Shown: one piece after another, positions 1-11,504 of the stretch | How positions within the stretch are numbered: position 1 is the stretch's first letter | Layout of the letters: every line of letters begins with the position of its first letter | DNA from: Phoronis australis | Taxonomy: Eukaryota; Animalia; Phoronida | NCBI GenBank assembly: GCA_002633005.1 | Contig: NMRA01000522.1 | Span: 74,270 to 138,269, forward strand | Direction: 5' to 3' | DNA length: 64,000 nt | The notes under the pieces: generated by a model | Told to the model about the DNA's origin: nothing | What the model saw: only the letters and a program-made list of their open reading frames with translations | Databases searched by the model: none | Made by a program: the position numbers and the translations under genes

Positions 1-223
1 GTTGTTTTGAACTTGGATTTGGCAGCGACGAAATAACGGTCGGATTAACAAGAGCTGCTTTGTATTTGCCAGGTATCTGTTGAGAAGTGTAAAAACTCAG
101 CTCGCATTCGTTGGAAATTCCAGGTCGCATTTTGCGACTTGATACGAGCTGACAAAAATCTCAGCTCGCATTTCCAAATTTCAGGTCGCAAATGCGACCT
201 GCAGCTCGTTATGTCGAGCCCTG
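1..223. mobile_element. Right end of a hAT-like non-autonomous element (MITE) in a RUFY intron
   Basis: Ends ...GTTATGTCGAGCCCTG (rc CAGGGCTCGACATAAC, a hAT-type terminus); subterminal repeats ctcagctcgcatt/caggtcgca and hairpin caggtcgca-aa-tgcgacctg at 182-201. The other end lies outside the window. Confidence 0.45.
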
Positions 224-1155
224 AACTAGGCCACACTGCCTCTGCCTTGTTTGTTGGCTTGGGGACACCTGCCACTAGTCAGACAAATTCAACTTGTGTT
301 CTGCTCTCTAGTGGCCAGTGTTACCCGTTTAGCCTCAGTCACTGTCTACTAGAGGTACTTGGTCTTCATGAATTTCAGGAAATGTGTAAGATGTTACAAT
401 TTTTGGACAACTCTTGGTGTGCCCTGAGTAACAATTTCATTTTTATTTTATTTTGAAAACTTTGGGGTTGTTGTATGGAAATAGAGTGCCACCAAGTTCT
501 GACTGTTCAAGCTCCTGAGGAGGGCAAATTAATATTTGTTTCGGTTACTAAGGTTTGGCATCAATATGTAGTTGACGCATACACAGCCTTCCATGAGTTG
601 TACATGTTACATTTACCTGTCAATATATATCTACATGTGTTTATTGTTGCTAAATAGCAGAGAATTCTTGATATCAGCTGGCAATGTTTCATAGATTTGC
701 GTAAAAGGATACCAAACCCAGTTTTGACCTATTAATGATGCTAAAAACGACTTTCAAATCCAGTTCTCTGAAACAAAATTATGCTCTGTATCCCTCGACA
801 ACCTTAAAAAGTTTGGAGGAAAATTTGAAAGCTCCTTTCAGAGTCTGATAAACAGGCAAGTATGAGGGCGCTTCTAGCGTATTTTGCTGTAGCTATGGGA
901 AAAGACCACCAACTAGGGACAACAATGTCCAATTTGTGACAAAGGGAGTATGAGTTTTTAGTTGATTCCTGCCTTTAACTTGTGAGATTGACGCCAATTA
1001 TCGGTAACGCTGAAGAAGAAGATGCCAATTATGCATTAGCAGGTGACAGAATGAGAATTGGTGGAAATCATGAAACAGGATTTACTATCCTTTTAACTTA
1101 CAGTGTGATCTTGTAGCAGTTAAATTATGTATCAACTTAATAACTTAAATTGCAG

Positions 1156-1250
1156 GAACATTCCCAACTGCTTAGCAAACATGAAGAGCTGAACGTTACC
1201 TGTCGTGAACAAGAGGAGGCGCTGAGAGAGCTTGGTTCACACTTAAGCGA
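1156..1250 (+). CDS. RUFY2: RUFY-family gene, coiled-coil coding exon (third from last)
   Basis: ttgcag|GAA...AGCGA|gtgaga; translates EHSQLLSKHEELNVTCREQEEALRELGSHLS(E), resembling RUFY2 EQEQALQELGNKLSE; phase 2 joins correctly to the exon at 1814. Not in the ORF track. The symbol is the nearest vertebrate paralogue, not a proven 1:1 orthologue. Confidence 0.85.
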
Positions 1251-1813
1251 GTGAGAACTTACAATATCTTCATGAGCATCTAGTTACTTGAAAAGTGTAA
1301 ATTTTTTGCAATTTGCACTGCACATTCTATTGTGACCTTTGAAAAACTGAGCTTAAAATCTTGTAAAATAATGGTTTTTACATTGAACCAAAAAGTAATC
1401 ATGAATAAAATGAAACTAAAAGTAACAAGGCTTCTAGTATACATTTCGGTGGTGAGTGGTCACCAGATCTGTGTCTACAAGATGGTGAGTGTGAATCTCT
1501 GTGTAGGCAAGAGTACGTTCACTTGGCCAGCTGCAAAGTTTCTTCTCAGTTCTACACCCTTGGGGATTTTAAGTATTTTTTATCCAGCATTTGGGTTGTA
1601 AATTCAGATCAATATTTTTCTTTTTATATGAGAGGGAATGTATTTTGCAGTACTTCTTCTCGGCATACATTAATACTTTGTGCTGTGGGTACTCCCCCTC
1701 CTCCCACCCCAGGGTGGTATGGGCACTCCCTTCCCCCCACCTCAGGGTGGTGTGGTGCACATGCAGGTATCTTAAAGTTATCTACGCCTTAAAAGACCAC
1801 TTTGGGGTTTCAG

Positions 1814-1940
1814 GTCAAAGCTGAAGATGGAAGACATGAAAGAGTCCCATCTAGCCATGAAGGAAGCCCAGTGGCAAGATGATAGTCAAGTGACTAACTG
1901 TAAAAAGTGCACTAAACAGTTTTCAGTTAGTCGTCGTAAG
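1814..1940 (+). CDS. RUFY2: RUFY-family gene, exon encoding the first half of the FYVE domain
   Basis: tttcag|G TCA AAG...CGTAAG|gtatgt; SKLKMEDMKESHLAMKEAQWQDDSQVTNCKKCTKQFSVSRRK, with the WxxD motif and first CxxC of FYVE. Confidence 0.92.
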
Positions 1941-2366
1941 GTATGTGCACACACAAAGCATTTAAGTTCCTTAAGTTATGAAACTTTCATATTTTCCACT
2001 ATTGTGCGAGCAACTCATGTACAAAGTGAAATTTTCATCCAAAATTGGTAAAGCAGTGGCAGTTGTTTTCACAATTTAGACTTGTGTTAATTTGCCTTCC
2101 CTATCAGTTGTATGAGTTGTGAAGTGTGAATTTTAAAACTGTGTACTGATAGGTTAATTTTTCCATTGCATTTCAGTGATTATACCTGTGCTAGAAATAG
2201 CAAGAACTTGTACTAAAAGCTGGAATACGAGTATCAATCATGGTTTTGTTGTTGATAAAGTGAGGCCACAAACCTCGAGTTGGTCCACTTTATGAAATTC
2301 TCATGTATCAGCCCAACATCAAAAAGTAAAGAAGTTTCTTTTTTGATCTTGCCTTCAATTTTCCAG

Positions 2367-2504
2367 CATCACTGCCGTAACTGTGGGGACATATTTTGCA
2401 ACGAGTGCTCAGACAACAAGATGCCACTGCCATCTTCTGCCAAGCCTGTGCGAGTGTGCGACGTTTGCCAGGAATTGTTACTGAATAGATACTCTGCCAA
2501 CTAG
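2367..2504 (+). CDS. RUFY2: RUFY-family gene, last coding exon (FYVE C-terminal half and stop)
   Basis: ttttccag|CAT CAC TGC; completes [37 protein letters not shown]...RYSAN*, with the canonical R(R/K)HHCR and RVC FYVE motifs and the RUFY-typical LPSSxKPVRVC. Confidence 0.93.
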   Translation, partial: HHCRNCGDIFCNECSDNKMPLPSSAKPVRVCDVCQELLLNRYSAN

Positions 2505-3968
2505 TGCTGCCTAGTGTCTTCCAGAGGAGTGATCATTGCAGCCAAGTGCTTGCAAACCCTCATCAGCTTTCATTGCAAGAGCATTGTAGATAAACTCAGA
2601 TTTTATTTACTTCTCATTATCAGCATGTATACGTCAGTGGTGGACTAAACTATTTATGCTTAATATTGTTAACAATGGTCATATTTGGTTTTGAGATTTA
2701 ATCACAGTGGCTAGTCAAAAGGAAGTTGGCAAGCATGACGCAATGAACCAATATTCGTGGAAGAAATCTGTTACCATGGCAAACTTGCCATCAAAAGTTC
2801 AGGCTTGCTTGAATTGGAGAAATATTTTTATTGATAATGAGAATACATTGCCATTTTCCACCTAAATTTTAGATCTTTCACTGTGGTCTCCATTAGTGTG
2901 TCCTCAAATATATCATGGCTGTGTGTTATTAGGCTCAAGGCTCAAGTTTCACATAATGAAGCACTCTATTGACAAGTCTGTGTTTTACCAAATATCTACG
3001 AAATGGTGGAATTCAACTGACAAGAATAGTATTTTCTAATAACACGAAACCTGGCTTTATAAAAATCTGCCGTTGGTTGAGTCACATGACCATGTCTTTA
3101 GAAAAAAAATAACTACTAAAAAGGAAAGGTACAATCATAGCAAAACAACAGGATCAATAACATGACAATAGTATGAACAACATGACCAAATTTCGTTGGA
3201 TGTAAATGTTCAAGATGCAATCTCACAAACACTGTTACAGTAGTTAGTACGTTTCCTTTTTATGCAACTTTTCGTTTTTTTTCCATAAGGTCATAGAAGT
3301 CCTGTTATTTGATAGTCAGTCCCTCATACAAAAGTGAATTAATTACTAACACCGTTTTGAAGACCAGTGAATAAAGCACCATATCTGAAAGTTTCATGCG
3401 AGTCAGAGTCTGCCATTTCTGAGATGTTCCAAGGTTAGTCAAATATTTGGACATTTTCCTAGGGTCCTATGTAATGGTTAAGCTTAGAATGTGCAGCAGG
3501 GATTAACTTGTCTTAAGGCCATTATTTGGCTGATTTGGGCAAGTGGCACAAAAATTGTTGCATCAAGTGCTAGGTGAATCTGGTGATTATCAGGCCCCGG
3601 GCTGTATATATTCTTTACTCAAAACTAGACTCAAAAATATCAATTACATGGCAGATTTCAAATAAACTTTCAAATATGCACTCGATTTGATTGGTTTGAT
3701 TGGTTTATTTTCGAGTCTGACATGTTTAAGTTTGGAGATTAGACCCAGGTCCCAAAAATAAAACAGAATCGAGCATTATCCGTTCCTTGCATGATTGCTA
3801 GCTAATTTCAAAAATGTTAAGAGTTTTTACTTTTGCATAATGTGCCATTGAAAATAAGAACTTAATCAATTCTGTTTGAAAGTTGCTGTGAGTCAGCCTT
3901 CTGTCACAAATTCTTTAGATCAGTGTTGTTATGACGCCCCTTACTCTCATTACAAGTGGACATGGCAG

Positions 3969-4166
3969 TTTGATCGGTATTGTTCAACACCACAAAACTT
4001 GACACAACGGATGATAAGATGTACCCAGCATGGTTTGATCGGTATTGTTCAAGACCACAAAACTTGACACAACGGATGATAAGATGTACCCAGCATGGTT
4101 TGATCGGTATTGTTCAAGACCACAAAACTTGACACAACAGATGATAAGATGTACCCAGCATGGTTT
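3969..4166. repeat. Tandem repeat, 3 x 65 bp
   Basis: Unit tttgatcggtattgttcaa(c/g)accacaaaacttgacacaac(g/a)gatgataagatgtacccagcatgg starts at 3969, 4034 and 4099. Confidence 0.9.
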
Positions 4167-5024
4167 CCAAGACAAGTTCTTGGAAATCCTAAGGAAGTTG
4201 TGCAATCTTCCCATCACCACCCTTCATAACCACTATCTTAAGTTTTCTTCCTAAAGGCGAAACAAAAATAATTGAACTAGAAATTTTCATGGCTATGAAA
4301 TTGTTGGGTTCATCAGTACCTTGGAATCGAGCAGTATCCTACAAGTCGGACGTTTGGACTAAGGGATATCAGTTTTATGGAAAAAAGGACATGTGTCTAC
4401 AAAATGGACATGTGACTACAGACTGGATGTATGTCTGTGCTGGTGTGCTATCATGTCACACTCCATTGAAATAATTACTGGTGTTGTTTTGAATTTGATA
4501 TTGTTGGGTTCCAGAGAGAAACTGTGAACACGAACATGTATGTATAGCTGGCTGTGACACAACATGTATGTATAGCTGGCTGTGACATCAGTGAAATTAA
4601 TTAATTGGACTCTTGGAAATGTCATCTTTTCATTTTTGCTGTTGCTTGGCTCCTGAGGCCAATGATACATTTAATCTGCTATGAAAGGTTCTCTCTAATT
4701 TTCTATCCACTGTGGTGTAATTTTATTTTTGAACAAACAGTATAATTAAACGCGAATAAAATGTGTTTGTGGTTATTGTTATATTATTATATTTGATAAA
4801 CAACACAGGATCTGCTTCAGGTCTGCTGATACTAAACTCAGAGCATAAAAGTTCGTGGTGCTGCGAAACCATGCAAGTCGAGGATTGTTTGAACCCATTA
4901 CTGCAGAAAACAGGAACTCCAAACAATTTGTTTATTTTCTGTTTTAGTACCCTATTTCCCTAAATTGAACAAATGAACGTAATCTTTACATATAGGGGGA
5001 AATTCTTCGTAATTTGGTTTCTTG

Positions 5025-5722
5025 CATAGGCGGAGGGGAGGGGTGCCGTACCCCCCCCCCCCCCCNCCCCCCTTGGCTGCCGCAAAAAAAATCAAACAGC
5101 AAGAGCGTAGGGAAATGTTGAGTTTATTAATTAACCGCAGTAATTAAAATTATACGGCTGAAACAAGATTTAAATGTGTACAGTTTTAGTGTTGGGGGGG
5201 CTCGGATCCAATTTCAAGTGCCAAATTGGATTGGAACACGACGCAATCATAACGGAACTATGGCTAAGTAGGCCTATAGGCTCTCTCGCGATGTCTCTGG
5301 CGACCGGCAGTGGCGCTTTGCAATACGCCTCCGTTTCCGTCGTCTGCTCCACTGTGCAATGAAGAAAATTACTTCATTTTTTAAAGAAAATGGAATCTGA
5401 GTGATGATGAAAAAACAGAAGCTACTGGTAAGATGTCGAAGCCTTAGTGAATCACTCAGAAACTCCTAATTCTCTCTTTGTCAAACCTTAACCTAAGACG
5501 ATTTACAAAGCAATCGCGTCATTTGCCAACACAAAAATGGATTTGGTCTTTTGGGCAATTAAAAACTATTTTAAATACAACAAAATTTGTTACGAACTGA
5601 TTGCACAAAATATAAAACATGTAATAAGCATTACGGAAAGGAGGGTTTCGCGCGCAAACGCTGTGGACCATAAACAAGTAGGTCTCTTAATTTCAAGTTG
5701 GGAGTTAAATCGTGGTGGTGCA
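5025..5722 (+). mobile_element. Truncated copy of a CATAGGCGGA/CAGTGGCGGAT non-autonomous DNA transposon (hAT-like)
   Basis: Begins CATAGGCGGA. It aligns by eye as the reverse complement of 57604-57132 and then 54691-54490, so it is the uninterrupted version of the element at 54194-57604. Confidence 0.8.
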
Positions 5723-7228
5723 CGGAATGGGCATTCAACTATTCACTGTCTTTCTCAATCAAAAGCAACAACACTACAGTTGACAAAAGTAGAAACGTTT
5801 TGATTGGACAAACCACCTTGAATTCTCAATTGTCAGGGAATTTCCAAAGGAACACAGATGTATGAATTACTTTTGTGTCCTCAGTTTCTTGAAATTCTGT
5901 TCAAATGAAAACAGAATGTATGTACTCTTGCCTTTTTGAAATTATACCAAAAAGTTCACTAGAACGAATTTTAAACTAAGGCCAGGTAACATTTTTTTCA
6001 CTGTCCTACCGATGTTTCTCTCCGGGTGGCGTGTGAAATGGCGGTCTGACCACTAAGACAGTTTTTAAAAAGCTTGTTTCATCTGTTCTTGCTGCCTTCA
6101 CAATATGCTTTTGGTAAAGTAAACACACCCAGCCTATAGCATGAATTTCATTGAAACTAAACAAAAAACGAGACAGGTCTTTCAGATTCCAGTATTTCAA
6201 TCCATCTCGCAATAATAATTTTATCCCCAAACATGTTGTCTATGTCTTTACCGAGTAAAAAGAGTCAATGAAATCTGTAGCTTCTTTGACATTTCAAACT
6301 GAAGCCATCGTTATGAAACGGCAATGTGAACCACCCTTTGTGCCTTTGGTCTTTATTGTTTTTTGCTACACTATTTCCGCTCTCAGAAACCCTTGATTTA
6401 TGAAGTTGGATGTCCAACTTGAATGTGACGTTTGTGTAATTAGAAACGTTTTGTTATTACAAAATTGCAGCAGCATCGCCTTGCAATCGTGTCTGCTGAA
6501 ACAAGCCCGTGCTAATTGTAAATACTAAAGTCGAAACGGGCAAGTGCTCATTTGCGCGCCTGTACTGTACAGAAATTGCCAAAGGTGATTTCATAGTAAC
6601 AGATAAGAATTTTTAAGGATAGAAATATATTGTGATATTCCAAAAGGAATAAGCGACGGTGATGTTATGATGGTCTTTTCACAGGCAACTTGTTAGTTAA
6701 GAACTCGGAACAGAAAATCTGTAGACGATGTTAATTCATCAGGCGTCCTGCACACTCGTGTTTAATATAGACTTTTTCTACGTCACTGCCAGATCACTGC
6801 AGAAAAAACTGTGCTATTTTAAGTGCCGAGGGGAAAAATAAATCGCCATGGGTTATTTTTGTCAGAACTGAAGGCTAAACCGTCCAAAATATGTTTTGTA
6901 TGAAGTTATTATCGTGTCCTGTCACTCGACTCTTGCTACAAATAAATCAAACCCTGACCTAAATGTTTTTCCTTGTCTTTTTTCATTCTGAGTTTGTGGA
7001 CATGTGAATCGGAATTTTATTGGTCACGTAAACCACGTTTTGTCACTCGTTGTCCGATTATCCAATTCGTCATACTGTAAGAAACAATAACTAGCCATGT
7101 ATAACGGATGTTGCTATTATTCTATCGATTGGATTAAGATAAATTCGAAATAAATAAAACACCTTAATGAATGAAAATGTACATCATAATAAATAAGTTG
7201 AATCCTACATTTCGGCTGAGAATGGTGA

Positions 7229-7462
7229 TTATCTACATCCGCATTGTGATACAACCATGCCGTCGTACCTAAATTTGTATGTGATCACGCCCTTTTCGTC
7301 AACGTACAGTATCGATATGGGATCTAGTTTGGTTGGAACACAACAGGCTTTCGACGCTTTCCGTGGATAGTTTGTGTGTAGCAGCGTCTGAACAATGGCG
7401 TGCTTGGACGGCGTCAGGTGATCGCTTAAGGGAAAGTAGCATTTGCCAGTACACTGAAAGGC
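7229..7462 (-). CDS. BMP10: BMP9/10-type ligand, exon 3 (C-terminal mature cystine-knot domain)
   Basis: aattgcag|GCC; [29 protein letters not shown]...[43 protein letters not shown]. HLTPx[16 protein letters not shown] and GVxTYKFxYxGM are BMP9/BMP10-subfamily signatures. Confidence 0.92.
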   Translation of the reverse strand, partial: AFQCTGKCYFPLSDHLTPSKHAIVQTLLHTNYPRKASKACCVPTKLDPISILYVDEKGVITYKFRYDGMVVSQCGCR

Positions 7463-7937
7463 CTGCAATTAAAATTAGCACCGATTAGTTCTCTTCACGA
7501 GCAGTCAAAATTCAGTAAGAATCGTGTAGGATTGTATGTGCATGCAGAAACAATATCAATGATGCATCCAGTTAGTTCAGATTACGTCTACTTGTAGTTT
7601 TCGTCAATGAAGGGATAGGATATTCTCGACGAGAATAGCAATTTTGGAAAATTAGCATTAACTGACGTGGAATCGAACCCACTAGCTTCGCTGTACCAGC
7701 TGAACGCTCCAGCGGCCTTTCAGGATGGGCGATTTGTAAAAAATGACAAAAACACAACGGCTTCTGTTGTTGATAAAAAAAATATCGATCATGTTAATTG
7801 TTAAACATTCAGCAATCTGAAAAACTCGTATTCGACACTTGGTGTAAAAATGTGAATTTGTCTCGACCAAAAGAAGGCTGGTTTTCACCAATCCCTTGAA
7901 ATAAACAGCTAAATCGGAGGATTTCCGACCAACTCAC

Positions 7938-8773
7938 GTTGTAGTCCGTTGGAGCTATTATCCACTCATCCCAGTTGAGATCGGCGAACTTTACGTTCAT
8001 CGGTTTCCGTCGGCAAGAATGTCTTCCTTTCATCTTGCGACGTGGACGTCTTTTCTTTTTATCCCTTGTTCCTGGGGCTGGCTCGTCCGACATATATTGA
8101 TATTTATCGTTCACGTCATCCTCATCATCAAATTCGAAATCATTGTCGTCTGCTTCATCTGCTGCTCGTTTCTCTACTGAATGTGATTTTGCTTGCAACG
8201 GGAATTGGGAGAGAAGCATACGAAGCTTGAGAAGAGGCACGCTTTCGTTGATCTCTTTGGCAGTTTTTGTAGACATTTCGTGTGCAATCATCTCCAGGAT
8301 TTCATTATGTGCTACTTGTTCACGCTTGTTCTCATTCGAAAACACCACAAGCAAGGGTTCGTTGTTATTCTGTGTTGAAATATCAATGTCCAGTTCCCCG
8401 AAATCTCCTGAATAATCGAACACAGTCTCAATCCAAATTTCTATAGCCTTCAAGTATTCTTTCGTACGTACCCACCTCTTTATTGCTGATGTAACTTTGA
8501 ATGTTTCCCACCCACTGTACCTTCCATAAATAATCCTGGTGCAGAGCAAGAAATAACTCTTCTCTGTAGAGTTACCACTAGATGTCACTTCATACACGGA
8601 CACCTTCCTGTTTACGCCAAAATAATGATAGCGATCTCGTTCTACAAGAGTGTATAGCCGTAGTTCCGCTGAACGAATGTCTTCGTCCGTAGATATACTG
8701 GTCACATTGAATAAAAGAGTGTGCGCGCGTGTTTTATTGTCGGTCACTTCGATTTCGCTTCCCCGAGGTGCTT
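7938..8773 (-). CDS. BMP10: BMP9/10-type ligand, exon 2 (prodomain core, convertase sites, start of mature domain)
   Basis: ttctattttag|AA GCA...TAC AAC|gtgagt; LLFNVTSI..EDIRSAELRLYTLV, GWETFKVTSAIKRW, PLLVVFS, then CRRKPMNVKFADLNWDEWIIAP. Phase 1 in, phase 0 out, consistent with exons 1 and 3. Confidence 0.92.
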
Positions 8774-9042
8774 CTAAAATAGAAAACATGAAAATACATA
8801 TTATAGCCTCTCAAAAGTCTCGGTAGGCAAACGAGAGTAACAACAAATGGTGACGACGACGGGGGGAGGGGGGGGGGGGTCGTTACCGTTTCTAATACTT
8901 TCCTCGCCTTCACCATGGCTCAAAACATGGAGGTTAGTTACGCCCCGTCAGTTGTGTTGTATCCTAGAATTCCGTTGTTGGATTCAGAACATATAAATAT
9001 ACCACAGGTTCGTTATGTACAATTTCTTGCAGATAAGTAAAT

Positions 9043-9490
9043 ACATACATCCATCCATCCATACATACATACATCCATACATACATCCATCCATCCATAC
9101 ATTCATCCATCCATCCATCCATCCATCCATACATCCATACATACATCCATACATAGCCTACATCCATCAATCCATACATCCACCCATCCATACATCCATC
9201 CACTCATCCATCCATCCANNNNNNNNNNNNNNNNNNNNNNNNNNNNNNNNNNNNNNNNNNNNNNNNNNNNNNNNNNNNNNNNNNNNNNNNNNNNNNNNNN
9301 NNNNNNNNNNNNNNNNNNNNNNNNNNNNNNNNNNNNNNNNNNNNNNNNNNNNNNNNNNNNNNNNNNNNNNNNNNNNNNNNNNNNNNNNNNNNNNNNNNNN
9401 NNNNNNNNNNNNNCCATCCATCCATCCATCCATCCATACATCCATCCATCCATACATACATACATACCTACCTACCTACATACATACATG
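9043..9490. repeat. (CATC/CATA)n microsatellite containing a 195-N assembly gap (9219-9413), in BMP intron 1
   Basis: Read directly from the sequence. Confidence 0.95.
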
Positions 9491-9924
9491 CGCCTATACG
9501 TGTGACTAGGAGTTTTAATTAGTAGTTTATTCTCAGGTGCTTGGGCTCTACTGGGAAGTCACCAAGGCATGCATCCCAAAAAACGGCAATTTTTATTATC
9601 TTTTGGAACTCCAAAAGTGAAGTAAGCTCAAGGTAAAACTTGGGTCGTCGGCTGTTCACCTAGTTCCATATTCCTAAAAACGACAAAATGACTGAAAATG
9701 TGTATCTAAACTTTGGCTGACCTAATGAATGACTATAAACGTAAATAAAGTCTTGCTTGCTTTTGACTATCATTTACTAACACTGGTCATACCGGGGAAA
9801 TCCTACAAAGCGTGAGACTAATCCTGGCTTCATGGCCAAAACTGGAAACTCTTATCCCAATATAAATTACATGTGCATTTCGGGAGCCTAGTCGCGGAAA
9901 TTTCCAGTGTCGACTAAATACACA

Positions 9925-10060
9925 GAGGAGGCAGTGTGCTGGTTGATAAGTGCCCGCTTTCTTTACTCGAGTTCGTGAGTTCGAGTCCCACCAGGTCACA
10001 CTGCTAAACCCTTGAGCCAGGTTTCTAGCTCCTCAGCTCGGTTTTAACCTTATATTGATA
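9925..10060 (+). mobile_element. Degenerate tRNA-derived SINE
   Basis: B box GAGTTCGAGTCCC at about 9977-9989, a weak A box upstream, and a following cccttgagccagg segment resembling conserved SINE core domains. Confidence 0.4.
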
Positions 10061-11504
10061 AAGCATAAAAATATTTCCAGGTGATCAGTGTAATGGGCCC
10101 GCATGCGAGGCCTGTGCACGTCTGGTACAACGTGTATCAGACCGTCTGCCTACATGCGAGGCCTGCGCATGTCTGGTACAACGTGTATCAGACCGTCTGC
10201 AATCATTTTTAAATACACAAACATTTTATTCATTGGTATTGAAAATAAGCGAATATATTACACAAAAGTTTCTTCCAAGTAACAAAGGCATAGAAAACAA
10301 CTTTCAGTATGTTTTAGGTCTGAATTTGCACATAAATTAGTTTGGTTGTTGCTCTGTATATTTCAATAGGTAAATAACTAACCCAACTTAAACTGACTAT
10401 CACACACTCAACTTTCATAAACGTTTAACCATCAAATAATACACTAGAAAATAATTTCTTGGCTACTTCAGTGTTAACTGTTTAAGCCTATGAGGAAGTA
10501 ACTATGCCATGTGAACGAGGTCAACAAAACCGAGATTGTTGATTGTAGAAGAAAGTTGAATGATGAATTGCGCTGTCAAAATACCAACCACCGAACAAGC
10601 AAAGCAGGACAACGCCCTAATAACGCCGTCGTGTTTCTGAAAATGTCATTTCGCAACCTTTTCTACATGGTGAGAACGAAATCGTTTTCGAAGGGATTTG
10701 TGATCATTGCATCTGATCAGATTGAATATGACCCGCCGCTTTACCGAATTCATTTGACCACATCCTTCAGGACGTTCTATTATAATTTTCACTCAGCACT
10801 AGGGAAGTAAAATTAACAGTTTATACTTCTCTGAATCTTACGGTAAAATGCACGTTACAAACAAACAACTTGTTTCACATTAACTGTACGAGTCATCGGT
10901 GAACGTGTCACGTTTTGACAAGATAAAGAAGGGTGTTTGTTTTTTCAGAGAATATCACGTCCCAGTTGAACAGTCTTAACAATAAAATGTTTCAACACGC
11001 CTATATGAATGCCTACATAAACCACTTTCAGCATGTATGTATTTAAAAAATCGTGTAGGAAGGCCTAATTAACGGCGTGACGTCACTGCAAAGCGTTAGC
11101 TTGTCAGTGTAGCGTTCGAATATTTTAATTGTGAATCTCACCGCCGGGCTTTTCTCATGTATTATTGTGCGAATGCTATTTTTTTTTAAAAATCTCCCGG
11201 ATAATCATCATGAAAATGAAGTTTGTTTTCTAAAAGTTTTGACTCTATTATTGGGTTCTCAAAAGGTGGTCCTGTTTGGCAGGGCATTAGCAACTAAATA
11301 AGAATAACCTCAGTACCTGTGTATAATCTTACGGAGCTTTTCCGGAGGTTGGTATTTTTTCTAACATCACCTTCACAATCAGCTAACCCCTCACAAAATT
11401 TTCCATTTCGTTTTTAAGACTGTTATGATGCACTTCACCACTCTTGAACGTCAATGCAGACGAATGGGGTGAAGTACAGTGACACTACTTTTGGCAATAT
11501 TTAC

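Noticed and set aside
3969-4166. Regularly spaced repeats here and at 42565, 48255 and 51793 considered as CRISPR-like arrays
   Set aside because: The units are contiguous near-identical tandem copies with no unique spacers, there are no cas genes, and the context is eukaryotic.
7809-7937. Read-through of the 326-aa ORF past APTDYN as a truncated BMP isoform
   Set aside because: A strong GTGAGT donor at 7937 gives an in-frame join to exon 3; the extension is simply open intron sequence.
8964-9509. ORFs rich in MDGW/IHPS (also 30890-31124) and MYVC (44858-45476)
   Set aside because: They are translations of tetranucleotide microsatellites, partly across an N gap.
10102-10200. Small local duplications (2 x 51 bp here; about 1690-1760, 4535-4590, 41662-41765, 44600-44700)
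   Set aside because: Ordinary slippage duplications with no further structure.
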